Notes under the pieces: generated by a model
Seen by the model: the letters and a program-made list of their open reading frames with translations, nothing else
The model's database searches: none
What the model was told of the DNA's origin: nothing
Position numbers and translations under genes: made by a program
Assembly (NCBI GenBank): GCA_030704615.1
Contig: CM060733.1
Coordinates: 12,834,001 to 12,898,000 of the forward strand
DNA: 64,000 nucleotides
DNA from: Takakia lepidozioides
Lineage: Eukaryota > Plantae > Bryophyta
Direction of reading: 5' to 3'
In this document: in pieces, positions 53,330 to 64,000 of the stretch
How positions within the stretch are numbered: the first letter of the stretch is position 1
Layout: each line of letters starts with the position of its first letter

Positions 53330-54993
53330 TTCGATGATGATGATTACGATCCAGGTAAAGAGGTCAATGCAGAGGGTGGTCATGATGTTGATCCCGACCT
53401 CTGAGATTTCTTTGACGACATTCGGAATACTAGTCGACAGCTGGGATTATATGATTTGCCTACTGGATGGGAGAATTGGGATGCTCATGACCTCTTTGCT
53501 GATGATATGTGGAACTCTAATGCAAAGACTATCCCTAAGATAATGTGGATTGGAGCAGACTTTGGTTACGATATGGAATTTGGTGATGATGCTTTACTTT
53601 ATGATTTTTTTGCTTTGTATTGGCTTTTTCTCCTTATGCGAAAGGTGGTTATGATGACCAACCTTTATGCCCAAACTGAACTCAAAAGGGAGATTAAGGG
53701 GGGGTCGTTCCTAGTATGTTGTCAATGTGGAAGAATTGAGGGCTTGGTTAGCAGTCCACATTTTGATGGGTATAAAAAAGGTATCCAACACCCACATTTA
53801 TTGGAAGGTCAACCATGAATTCTTCACATGTGCTTTTATTATCCGCATCATGAGTAGAAAGATGCGGGAGATAATTCTCAGATACCTCCATCTTGTTGAC
53901 AATATGACAATGGAAGTGGATACAACTAGATTTGCCTATGATAAGTTGGCTAAAACCCATTGTTTGTGGACGTTCAAAATTCATTAAATGTACGCAAAGT
54001 ACTGCAACCTTGAACAAAACCTAACTATAGACGAGATGATGGTAAAGTACAAGGGGAAATATGCTAAGATCCAATAGTACCTAGCTAAAAAAACCTGTAA
54101 AGTGGGGCAATCAAATTTAGTGCTTGGCATGTGCTACTTCAAAGTATGTGATGAGGATGAAGGGGGTTTTAGGCAGGGAAGTCACATTGGATCTGTGGCA
54201 CATGATATTAGTTATGAATATATTACTTAAAAGTCTATGAGGGGAAGATTCACATTATTATCATGGGTATTTTTTTTCCCAGCCCTTCGTTGTTCTTTGA
54301 CTCAGAAGCCAAAGGGATATATGCAATAGGTGTCATGGGTCCTGTGAAACCTGTGCGAATTGGCTTTCCTAGTTATTTGGACTATGGGGCTCGTGGAGAG
54401 AGGGGCAGACTAGATTACCGCATGCACATATCTAAGAAGTTAACAGCAGTTGTTTGGTTTGACAGAAAACTTGTTCACCTATTGAGTACTTCTTTCAGTT
54501 CTGTTGCTGATGACCATTTCACTATCAGGTGACACAATGGTGCCAACAGGTCTGTCCCTGTTTCCCATATTGTAAACACTACCTGCAACAATATAGGAGA
54601 GGTGTTGATGTGCAGGATCGACTAAGGGGGTACTACAGTGTGCAGACACGTGATCATAAGTGGTGTCACCGTCTTTATTTCTACTCTATAGATACGTCTT
54701 TGGTAAATCCATATTTTTTGTATGGGGCTTTCATGAGATCCCAAGAGAAAAGGCCACCGTCGCACATGCAAATGTTCAATATTGAGGTAGCGAATGGACT
54801 AACACGTGGTTGGGTTGGTCCTAGGAAAACAGTACAGGCAACAAATCCCAATGCTCTTCACTACTCCCTCAAGAGCAGTAGGAGACACAAGTGTGTTGAA
54901 TGTGGACAGAGGCAAAGGTATTTTTGTGCGTCTTGTAGGGATGTCCCAATATGCTCAGGGCGTTGTTTTTTGAAACATCACAGTGCACCTTGA
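53330..54993 (+). pseudogene. piggyBac (PGBD4-like, DDE_Tnp_1_7) transposase, frameshifted
   Basis: DFFALYW..TNLYA, EELRAWLAVHILMGI, LRYLHLVDN, YDKLAK, TIDEMMVKYKG, VVWFDRKLVHLLST, RGVDVQD, KWCHRLYFY and C-terminal Cys-rich CVECG..FCASC..ICSGRCFLKHH. Confidence 0.9.
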
Positions 54994-55316
54994 ATAATGT
55001 GAGTGGTAATTTCTAATGTGAATGTGTTGTTTGTGTAATGCAGAGACTTGGGGACTGAGCAGCAGGCAAGGGTATCTCCACTGAAGTTCTCATATAGGGT
55101 TGTTGTAGTCTGTCTTTTGTTGAATACACTAACATATTTGGGGATCACTGGTAATTTCATGCTGCCACTAACACTCAAAAGGTTGTACTAGTTGAGAGTT
55201 GTTTGGACCATGATAGGACCATGATACTAGATCAACTAGTCTAGATAGTCATTTGGATAGGAATTATGTCAACTGTTACTTGATTGGTTTAGGGATCATC
55301 TAAATTGTTGTTGTCA

Positions 55317-56878
55317 TCTACCATAGTTGCATGCAGAGAGAGCTATAGATGACAAATATACTTTGTTGTCACGGCCATTAATCCATTTTGCTGGTGCATG
55401 TCATTTGTACGTTTGGTTTTTTTGCTGCAGCAGTCCCTGCTGTCATTTGTTAACACCTCTCATTCCAATTTGAGATTGGCAATATCATAACAGCAGGTAT
55501 CCCTGCTCTTTGATGTGAAATTCTATACATGTTATGTTGCAATAGACAACTCCGTGCTGGTGGCATCTCTAGATTTACTTCGTTCGAAAAATTACTTGAA
55601 CTTACAATGGAAGACTCAATGTAGCAGACGGATGTTTTGTTTAGGGTACTCCATTCTTAGTGGTTAGAGCAATGTTGAGATCGTTGGTGTTTACTTTAGG
55701 ATAAGTATTAGTCCCCTTTCCAAGCGGGGCTGCACACATGGGGGGAGAGTCTCCCTCCATGTGTTCATGTGTGGGTTGCCAAAGGGGCAGTTTTATGGGT
55801 TCAAATGCAAAGTTGATTGCAGGCACTTATGGGCAGGGATGCAAAGATGAGAGTGAAACAGATCTGTCTTATACATTTTGCTGGAAATTACACCCCCCAT
55901 GTAGTGGGGCTCACATCTGTGATTTTGACCCCATATCTTTGAGCTGCCAACATGAGCATAATTCTTGGCCATTGGCATGATTTTTGCTTTGTTAGATTCA
56001 TACTGTCATATAGTGAAACCCTCCCTACTACGGCCCCATCTTATTCCAATCCGTCATCCAAATTTCCATATATATATATACCTGGCCATATACATATACC
56101 TCACCAAAAATTAGGCCTCAAACTCAATGGTGACAAATTGTGTAGCAGATATATGGCGTTAGAATATTTGGTCAGTTTTTTTGAGAAAAAAAAATACTAA
56201 TGAGCAAATTACGGGGTTTTTTCGGGAAGGGGGTCATTTTTTTCTAGGTTGATAAAAAAGGGAATGCGTGCGTTTAAGGGTTACCCTCATAGTTAACCTC
56301 ATAAATGTGGGCACATTCCTAGGATGACCACTAGACCACACTATACACCCTAGTTTCTACCACGCATATTCCTCCATTATCCTTGTTGATGTCTGGTAAG
56401 GCTATGCTTGGATATCTTACTAATTCATGGGCTTCCAATCTCGGCGGCTCAACCCATATGCCCAATCTCATCCTTCACAAATCATATTATAGAATTCACT
56501 TTCTACCATGATAGATTTCCAGACCACTCGATTAGGTATAAATGTGAAAAATACGAACAGCTCATAGTTGCCCTTCACCAACATGGATGGAATACGGCCC
56601 TTCACTATTTTACTACAAGTGTTATGGGAGGTATGCAAAATCATAATATCCACATCCTAAAAGAAAACCCCAAGTGTCTCTAAATACACCACATCCCCTC
56701 TGACCATTTACTTTATAGTTATCCCATCACTCGCATCCCTAATCCTCAACAAATGCAAGATTGAAAGTGGCCAACTTGCCACTGACTATTTACTTTATAG
56801 TTATCCCATCACTCACATCCCTAATCCTCAACAAATGCAAGATTGAAAGTGGCCAACTTGCCACTTATACGTGAGTGG
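55317..56878 (+). mobile_element. Non-autonomous Helitron, copy 2, nested in piggyBac B
   Basis: Homologous to the reverse complement of 47563-48865. A|TCTACC 5' end, same terminal hairpin, extra ~205-bp insert at ~55505-55710. Confidence 0.7.
56701..56864 (+). repeat. 82-bp tandem duplication of the Helitron 3' hairpin region
   Basis: TGACCATTTACTTTATAG...GTGGCCAACTTGCCAC at 56701 and 56783. Confidence 0.92.
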
Positions 56879-58120
56879 TTCCCATGTTGATATGGCCCAC
56901 CTATTTCTTAAAAAATTGTCATTTTTAGAACATTGTACATGTGCCATGCCACCACCAATTGGCTACATTCAATTCTCACATGTCACAATCTCTACAATTG
57001 CATAAAGACCTTACCTGATTTTTGTTTTGTATTTATTGTACCAATGAAAAACATAAATCTCGGCGGGACCTTACGTTGCGTGGAATGCCCTGGTAAACGG
57101 CACTATGCTTGGTCAGCGGGCATTACAAGCGGTATAAAAATCTAGGGGCTTTTTCCCTTTGTATTTGCAGGGACATTATCTGACGAAATATCATGTCAAC
57201 AGCTGGCAGGGACCTTATGTGTAAGATCCCGAGATCTTATGCCCTGTCATATTTTCTTTTCTATATTCGTTTATTTTATTTTACTTTTAGGGATATGAGA
57301 TCTGAGCCATCCACCCAGATCTTCAAGAGACAAGTGGCAGATTAGGCTGGCATTCTTTCCTAGATTTTCGGGCCTCCCCCTCGGCCACGTACAGGCTACC
57401 GCCTTGGGGGCTCGAAGCCCCGAAATCAGGAAGGGACCTTCACTTATACAGATTTGTATATCCTCAAAATTACAATGATTTACCATATCCAAGAAACCTC
57501 TGCTTTCTAGAGGCAATTAAGGGTTAATGCCCTTGGAAGCACCTAACTTCTTGGGCTATTAACCCCTAAACGACGAGCCGACCCGAATCGGGTCGGCCCG
57601 ATTTTTCATCCATTCGTAGCATGCACGGATGAAGTCCGATGAACAAGCGGCTTGAACAAAAAATGTAGCGCAGAACGAGTTGCACACGCAGGTCTTTATG
57701 GCGCCCCCAACAGAGAAAAACTCCGCTGTCAGGAATTTTTTGAAGTTTGGAAATTGCAGGATTTTGGGTGGAGGGGCACAGCAGTTGACCGTCGACGTGG
57801 CAGGTGGCAACGGCCACGCGGGTGGGATTTTGCGGCGGGGGGGGGGGGGCAAGCAGGGGTGATGAGGCACGAGTGCACGACACCCGCCATGATGGCACCG
57901 CCCGGCCCTTTGTGCACCCCCCGCCCGGCCCTGTCTTTCGCGCGCGTTTTGGCAACTCGACCTTCTTCTTCACAGCTCCCCGCCACCTCCATCTTGCATG
58001 CATTTTGTGGCTTGTGTTTGTGTGCGACAACATTTTGCGTTGGCACAAGGCCTTGTTGATTTCTGGCTGCTTGGGTACCCAACCCACAATTGCTGAGGTT
58101 TAGAGGCGGGTGGCGCGTCT

Positions 58121-58423
58121 GCGCATTCATGAATTCGCAGGCTGGGGGGAGCATTCTGTAGGCTCTATCATTGAAGCTAAGTCCCTTAGCTTGTTGCTTG
58201 TCTGTGTTCTCTGATATGCTTTGCCGCCTCTGTTGAATGTCCTTCAGTGCGTTCGTTTAGGGCGCTGATGCGCATTCATGAATTCGTAGGCTGGGGGGGG
58301 GGGGCAGTGCGCAGGCTCTCTCATTTATGCTAAGTGCCCTTAGCTTGTTGCTTCTTTGTGTCTTGGGATATGGCTGCCGCCTATGTTGAATGAGCTTTAG
58401 TGCATTCGTTTAGGGTGCTGCAT
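58121..58423 (+). repeat. ~150-bp tandem duplication in the 5' region of piggyBac A
   Basis: GCGCATTCATGAATTCG(C/T)AGGCTGGGGG...TTCGTTTAGGG(C/T)GCTG at 58121 and 58270. Confidence 0.85.
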
Positions 58424-58527
58424 CGCTTTATGCCTTGGCGGCCGTTGGTGTCATTTCTGCATTCTGTGTCTCCTCATTTGCATTGCTCGTACTTAGGGGG
58501 GTTTATAGGGTCTGGGCGCAAGATGCT

Positions 58528-58995
58528 ATGGGTCACAAGTGTAAGGTGTGTAATGCCTTGGAGCCACCAACACCTCCGCTGCACTATAAGAGGGTTGTTG
58601 AGGTGGTCACTCAGTGGGCGTTGATTGAGCAGCATTGTACTGAGGGGCAATTGAGGGACATTTTGGGTTTGTTGTGTGAGGAGTACTTGCTTTCTTTGCC
58701 TCAACCTTCGCGCGCGCAGCGGTGGCCGAAGCATCCTCGTCCTGTGGATTTTTGCTTTGCATTTAGAAGGCATGTTAGTTTGATTTTGGGGTGGAAAGAG
58801 AGAAGGGATGAAGGTAACAAAGAGGGCTTTAGTGAGGCTGTGAATGCTGTGCTTAGAGAGGATGTCTGGCCAGATGAGGACAGTCGAACAAATGAGGGAT
58901 GCAGCGCGCCAGAAGCGGGAAAGGCCTGCGGGCAAGGAGAATTCGCCTCCTCATCGACCACATGTGAGGAGAAGAATTGTGAGAAGAAGGAGTGA
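58528..58995 (+). CDS. Intact 155-aa accessory ORF of piggyBac A (CxxC N-terminus; unknown function)
   Basis: ATG 58528 to TGA 58995, ending 13 nt before the transposase ATG (59009). A homolog sits at the same position in piggyBac B. Confidence 0.75.
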   Translation: MGHKCKVCNALEPPTPPLHYKRVVEVVTQWALIEQHCTEGQLRDILGLLCEEYLLSLPQPSRAQRWPKHPRPVDFCFAFRRHVSLILGWKERRDEGNKEGFSEAVNAVLREDVWPDEDSRTNEGCSAPEAGKACGQGEFASSSTTCEEKNCEKKE

Positions 58996-59008
58996 TACGG
59001 GGTGCACA

Positions 59009-60888
59009 ATGGGCGGTAGCGCACAAATGCAATTCACCGCGGGTGACTGTGCGCCTCCCGCTAACTCCTACAGGTCTCCTCTTCGTGCGTTGTCTTTCAA
59101 TTTGCAGGGCTCTTCCCATGCGGGGCCCAATTTGGATGCTAGTGGTTTAGACTTGTTGGATTGTGGAAATGGGGATGTGGAGATGGGGCTTATGGAGGGA
59201 TATAAGGGCGATTCATGTGAGGAAATGGACTGGGAGAGTGATGGGCCTGCCGAGGAGGTTGACGAGGTGAGTGAAGAGGCTTTTGCAGCTTTGTTCGCTC
59301 CTGCAAGTTGGGAGTGCCGAGAAACTGCCTTTTGCAGTGATAGAGAAAAATTCACTAGTCCCCCACTTGGACCCATGCTGCGGCGGATTTTTGGGAATTG
59401 TTCCCTGTGGAATTGTTTTTCAAGTTGTTCTGGTCCCAAGCAACCTTGCTGCGAATTTGTCGAGAGACCAATCGTTACGCGGCGGAGAGGGTGACGTCTG
59501 GAACTCGAGGTGGTGCTTCTTGGAGGCCATTGGTTGTGCCAGAGCTACTTGCCCGGCTTGGTGTGTGTTTGTTCATGGGGATAAAGAGGCTGCCAAACAT
59601 CCGCTGCTACTGGCCGCTGCTACTGGCAGCAGATTGAGGTATTCTTTGCATGCCCTGTCATCATGAAGGTCATGACAAGAGATCGTTATGAAGTAATCTT
59701 ACGTTGCTTGCATTTGGTGGATAACTCGACGTTGGTGTCTGATCGTAGCAGTCCTGCATTTGACAAAATTGGGAAAGTGAGATTGGCATGTAAAGACATT
59801 GCCAGTGCCTGCAAACGGCATTGGAACCTGCACAAATTGTTGATAGTTGAAGAGATTATGATAAGGTGCAAGGGTAAGTATTGTGCTATACGACAATATA
59901 TGCCTTAAAAGCCATGCAAGTGGGGCATCAAAGTGTGGGCCCTTGCAGACGCAGTCAGTAGCTATGTGTATGATTTTGATGTCTACTGTGGCAAGAATGG
60001 GGGCCCCCTGGGCATCAGGAAGAAGTCTGGCAAAGGTGAAGGATATGATGTGGTTTGGAGGCTAGTGTCTCCATTGCATGGACTTGGCCATGTGGTGATG
60101 ACTGACAATTACTTCACATCACCAAGGTTGTTGTATGACTGTCAGGGTCAATAGAAAGGGATTGCCTCCTTCCTTGACATGCTTGTCCAAGTTCAAGACT
60201 GCCAAACAAGGGGACACATGGTGGCGTATGCACCGCAACCGACAAGTTGTTGCTTGTTTGTGGTGGGATAAGAAAGACATGTTCATGGTGTCATCCGCAT
60301 CTCGGCCAACATCTGGTCCGAATTCACCTGCGACGGTGCGAAGGTTTGTGGGGAATGCCAGGGTGCAGGTGCCTTCTGTTCCAATGCATGTTCAATACAC
60401 AAACTTACATGCGTGGTGTAGATGTACAAGACCAGATGCGAGCTAAATATAGCATGCAGTTGAAGACTCATAAATGGTGGCATAGAGTGTTTTTTTTCCT
60501 TGTGGACACCACGATTGTGAATTCTTACATCTTGCATGTCTATCACATGCGAGCGAGGGGGTCGCGTCCCCTGACCCATCTGGAGTTCTCGTTGGCCTTG
60601 GCACACGCTCTTACAGCTCCTGGCAGGCTGCCTGTGCGTCCGGTTCGTGCATCCGTGTTAGCGACAGAGCCTGCCTACTGGCATTCCACTTTGCACAGCT
60701 CGCTTCCAATATGTCTTGCTCGTTGGTGATTGGCCTCGGGTCCTGAAGCACACCGCGTATGTTGTCGAGAGCGTCGTGTGTGCATCCGCTATGGGTTGCG
60801 TACCCACTACTTCTGTCCCCAATGCGAGGATGCATTCATGTGTCTTGGCAATTGTTGGCGTGAGGCACGTCAACTCCGGGGTCGATGA
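59009..60888 (+). pseudogene. piggyBac (PGBD4-like) transposase, frameshifted
   Basis: LFFKLFW..ETNRYA, FMGIKRLP..YW, MTRDRYEVILRCLHLVDN, FDKIGKVR, IVEEIMI (first catalytic D reads E), KWGIKVW, VMTDNYFTS, WWDKK, MRGVDVQDQ, KWWHRVFFFLVD, CIRYG..FCPQC..MCLGNC. Several frameshifts and a premature TGA at 60727. Confidence 0.93.
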
Positions 60889-62339
60889 ACATGTGGGTGT
60901 GTGTGTGTGTGTAGGTGGGAACCGCATCTGCAGGTGTTTGATGATGCTATGCTGGCCTCAGGACATGGCGGATATAGTGTGTGGGTGTGTGTGTGTGTGG
61001 GGGGGAACTGTCTGCATATGTGGGCATATCAGGGGGTTCGACTCCCCCTAAGTCGGGCTTATCCCATGTCTGCTGAGTTCACCATGTCTGGTGGTAGTTG
61101 ACAAGTCCACAAAGAAGGAACCTGATAGTTAGAGTCGGGTGCTTGTGAGGCCCTCCCCAAAATGCCGAGGAACGTCGGGACGGCTCGAATGAGTTGGCCC
61201 TGGCAAATGATGGAAATCCCCAACGTGGCCCGAAAAACGTCGTCGGATTCAAGCGAAATTCCGGCCACCGATTGCTTGACCTGGAGGAGGCCGGAAATTT
61301 CACAAAATCCCACATCCCAAATGCAATTTAGAGTATTTTTGGGAAATTCTTGGGCAGGCTTGTGTAATTCTTGGCCTATGAGGGACTGACCGTTGGAATT
61401 CCCAATTGAAGGAGAATTTGGGGTCCCAATGGGGCTTATACCATTTCCTTTGCAAATTCTCTTTTTGGACCCCCATTCCAGTCACATACAAAGCACCCTC
61501 CCCCTTCCTTTTGGCAGATTGGGGTGAAATTTGGTGTGCTGGTTTGGGGTTGTGCACTTCACAGGAATATAGCTATTTTTCTCCCAGGAAAATTTGGGAT
61601 CATGGATATTTGCTTGGTCAAACATGAACTTTTGCTTTGTTTTTTCCATTTTCCAAAAAATGCACCATCTTCAAATGTTATAATCTCCCAAACTACACGG
61701 TGGAATCTCCCCAAATTTGGAGGACTTGTGCATCTGATAGGTAGAAAGCAGTTTGTACGGTTCATTTACGTGGATGAACGTTAGTGGGCAGGTAGCCGCT
61801 GACGTGTGAGGCTGGGTCCCAGAATTGTCCAAAAACCCAAAAACACCTCTCGTCTTTTAGGGGTTAAACAAGCCGCAAACCGCGAGGGTCTCTAGGCCCA
61901 CGCAAATGCACCTTTGCTCACTCCCGTTCGCCCGGTGAATTTGCCAACGGGAGGCCCCACGTCAGCGAAGGGCTGCACCAGGCACATGAGGCGAACGGTT
62001 GGTGGCCCCATCGCGTTTTTTCTTTTGGAGTTGGTTTTTACCAAAGCTCGGTGCTTGCCCTTACATGACAGGTGCGAGCCATTGCACGTTGATGTGCTTG
62101 CAATTACATGCTCAGGCTTATTTATCAAAACCAAGACTACAAAAATGGACGGAGCTCTCATGGGAAAGGTCTTCCTCATTTGGATGCTTCTTTATGTTAC
62201 CTTAGGAAACTGTGCAATGTTCAAGTCCGGAGTGAGGCATTTGTTTGCAGATAATGAACCGCCAATAGGGTTTAGCTTCCTTCCAATTTTGTGTGTCATT
62301 GCAAAGAGGAAGAAAAAGAACCTAGACAATACACGCATT

Positions 62340-62530
62340 GGGATCATGTAGAAAGAAACGCTACGGCATTCTACACCTGAAATACAATGCAAGAAATATT
62401 TAATGTTCTACAGAATGAGTTCCGAAGCTTTCAACAACTTAGTGGTAGAATTGACACCTTTCTTGCAATCTGGATGTCTTAATACTGTGAGGCCACAATT
62501 AGAGATCAGAAAAAATGTGGCCATTGTAGC
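62340..62530 (+). pseudogene. PIF/Harbinger transposase N-terminal fragment
   Basis: FYRMSSEAFNNLVVELTPFLQ...LEIRKNVAIV matches the FRMS..TF..L....P.L / VAI motif; truncated. Confidence 0.6.
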
Positions 62531-63909
62531 ACGTACAGTGCGGCAGGTCCTGCGCAGGTCGCAGCAGCAGGTGCGAGACAACGCAACTCCGTTTTTATTG
62601 GGTAAAACAGGATTTCTACTGCGCAAGATGAAAAAATAATTCACTTTACCTACAATTGGATTATGAATTGGAGTGAATCCAATCGGGATTCGTCAGGCAC
62701 CGAATGGTTCAGAACGCCTACCTTGTAAATGCAGCACGCTCACGACAGGTGAAAGGAAGGCACAACACGGCATTGTGAAGGCGTCAGGTCACTAGGTATT
62801 GATCACCAGGCCGTGATCTGTGTTGTGGATTTCATGAGCTCACGTTTTGTGGAAGCTTCAAGCACCTAACCTACTAATAACGATGGCAGCTACTTGCAGC
62901 CTGTTTCTGCCGGTGCAGCCTTAGCGTGTGACGATGCTTTGACTACAGCGACAATCCATCCCCGCCGCAGAGCTATAATGAAGACTAGACAATGGGATAC
63001 TCGATGGAAAAATACAAAACTACGCGCTGCATTCACACGAATTCCATGCGAGGATGGGAGTGATGATGAGCACGCTGGAAGGGGGCCCTGGTGCCGACTG
63101 CCGACCTCCGTCACCAGCAAACTGTAAAGTGCAGCGCAGGTTGCGTGTAATCGCGGAGTAACTAATCTCTCCATCGTGGACCTTCATTGTGCCGTCGTCA
63201 TCATTCCATCTTAAAGAACTTTAGCTTTCCACATTCCAACAAGTTTGACCACTGATTCTTTCAACTGCGGACAGTGCGGAGTCCACCAGATGATATGTAG
63301 ATCCCTTATTGTGTCCCTGGCTACGTGGACCTCGTGCAATGATACTTCTCCAGCTCTGTTTCCATTTCGCATAGACTTGAGCGCCGACATGAGAAATTGG
63401 CTATGGAGCCCACAAAATCGTTTCTCGCCCCCCTCTCTACTGTGTTGCCAACTTCCCGCATGGACCCCTTGGGCCGGCTCCCGTGGTTGCCGTAACAACA
63501 AAAGTTGTGATGTGACAATCGATTGGAGTCTGGTACGTTTGAGGTAACTGGGTCGGTGCTTTACACAGTTCCCAGCTTCCGATACAGTAAGTAATGCACC
63601 TGAGTTCTCCATCTGTCTTTCACTGTTTGATTTCTGTTTTGTGGTGGGCTGTGAGTGGTTCTTCGCTTTGTCGTGTGGGTGGTGTGTGCTCCAATAAGCT
63701 GGGTCGTCGTTCCTTTATTTTACAAGTTGCCATAGATGATTGGAGTCCAGCCTGCTCCGTATCCACATCGAAAACTGCTATCCTCCGAGGCCCCACCAGT
63801 GACTACGTATTCCCACATACTTTTTAGTTGAGGATGATCGTGGACTTAACTTTCAGAAGATCTTAGAACACCCAGACATCATATTTGTTAAAATTATAGC
63901 AGTACAATA

Positions 63910-63990
63910 GCCGTACTGGGCATCGAACCCACAGCTATTTCTCGTTAGACCTGTGCCATCCAATCCATCTACCAAACACTACCCATACTA
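63910..63990 (-). mobile_element. Possible tRNA-derived SINE remnant
   Basis: B-box-like GTGGGTTCGATGCCCC on the minus strand; no complete cloverleaf. Confidence 0.25.
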
Positions 63991-64000
63991 TTGGCATCTA

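Larger units (their letters stand above)
52500..57523 (+). mobile_element. piggyBac-type transposon B (decayed, ~5.0 kb including a nested Helitron)
   Basis: TTAA at 52496-52499 and 57524-57527; imperfect TIRs CGCTTAAATTGCC / GGCAATTAAGGG; internal piggyBac transposase. Confidence 0.75.
57563..61863 (+). mobile_element. piggyBac-type transposon A (4301 bp, both ends intact)
   Basis: TTAA at 57559-57562 and 61864-61867; 15-bp TIR CCCCTAAACGACGAG / CTCGTCTTTTAGGGG (1 mismatch); contains the accessory ORF and transposase. Confidence 0.92.

Noticed and set aside
57559-61867. Classifying element A as Kolobok (TTAA TSD, two ORFs)
   Set aside because: CCC...GGG termini, D/DN/GVD..D motifs and the C-terminal Cys-rich domain are piggyBac-type.
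62890-63827. Coding-like ORFs near the window end
   Set aside because: Broken frames and no family I can recognise.

Overview
Repeat-rich eukaryotic nuclear DNA from a land plant. A bryophyte or other non-seed plant is most likely, inferred from the gene families, GT-AG introns and TE repertoire. Host genes are an intact 5-exon FKBP20-1-like PPIase (minus, 11947-14634), a WAT1/UMAMIT EamA transporter with an internal deletion (minus, 26307-30423), and a small secreted peptide precursor (49443-49703) with a frameshifted inverted twin (46286-46546). Most other recognisable sequence is TEs: the 3' end of an LTR retrotransposon with a large intact non-pol ORF, a decayed MULE/SWIM transposon, a Ty3/gypsy pol remnant abutting a CACTA-like transposase, Tourist-like MITEs, Helitrons, and three TTAA-flanked piggyBac-type elements. 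Main finding: two divergent piggyBac elements (52500-57523 and 57563-61863) both carry a homologous accessory ORF upstream of the transposase (24/45 aa identical, ungapped), which suggests a two-gene piggyBac lineage. Second finding: a ~5.8-kb nested palindrome of two Helitron-derived arms, each carrying the peptide gene, with identity highest over the gene.
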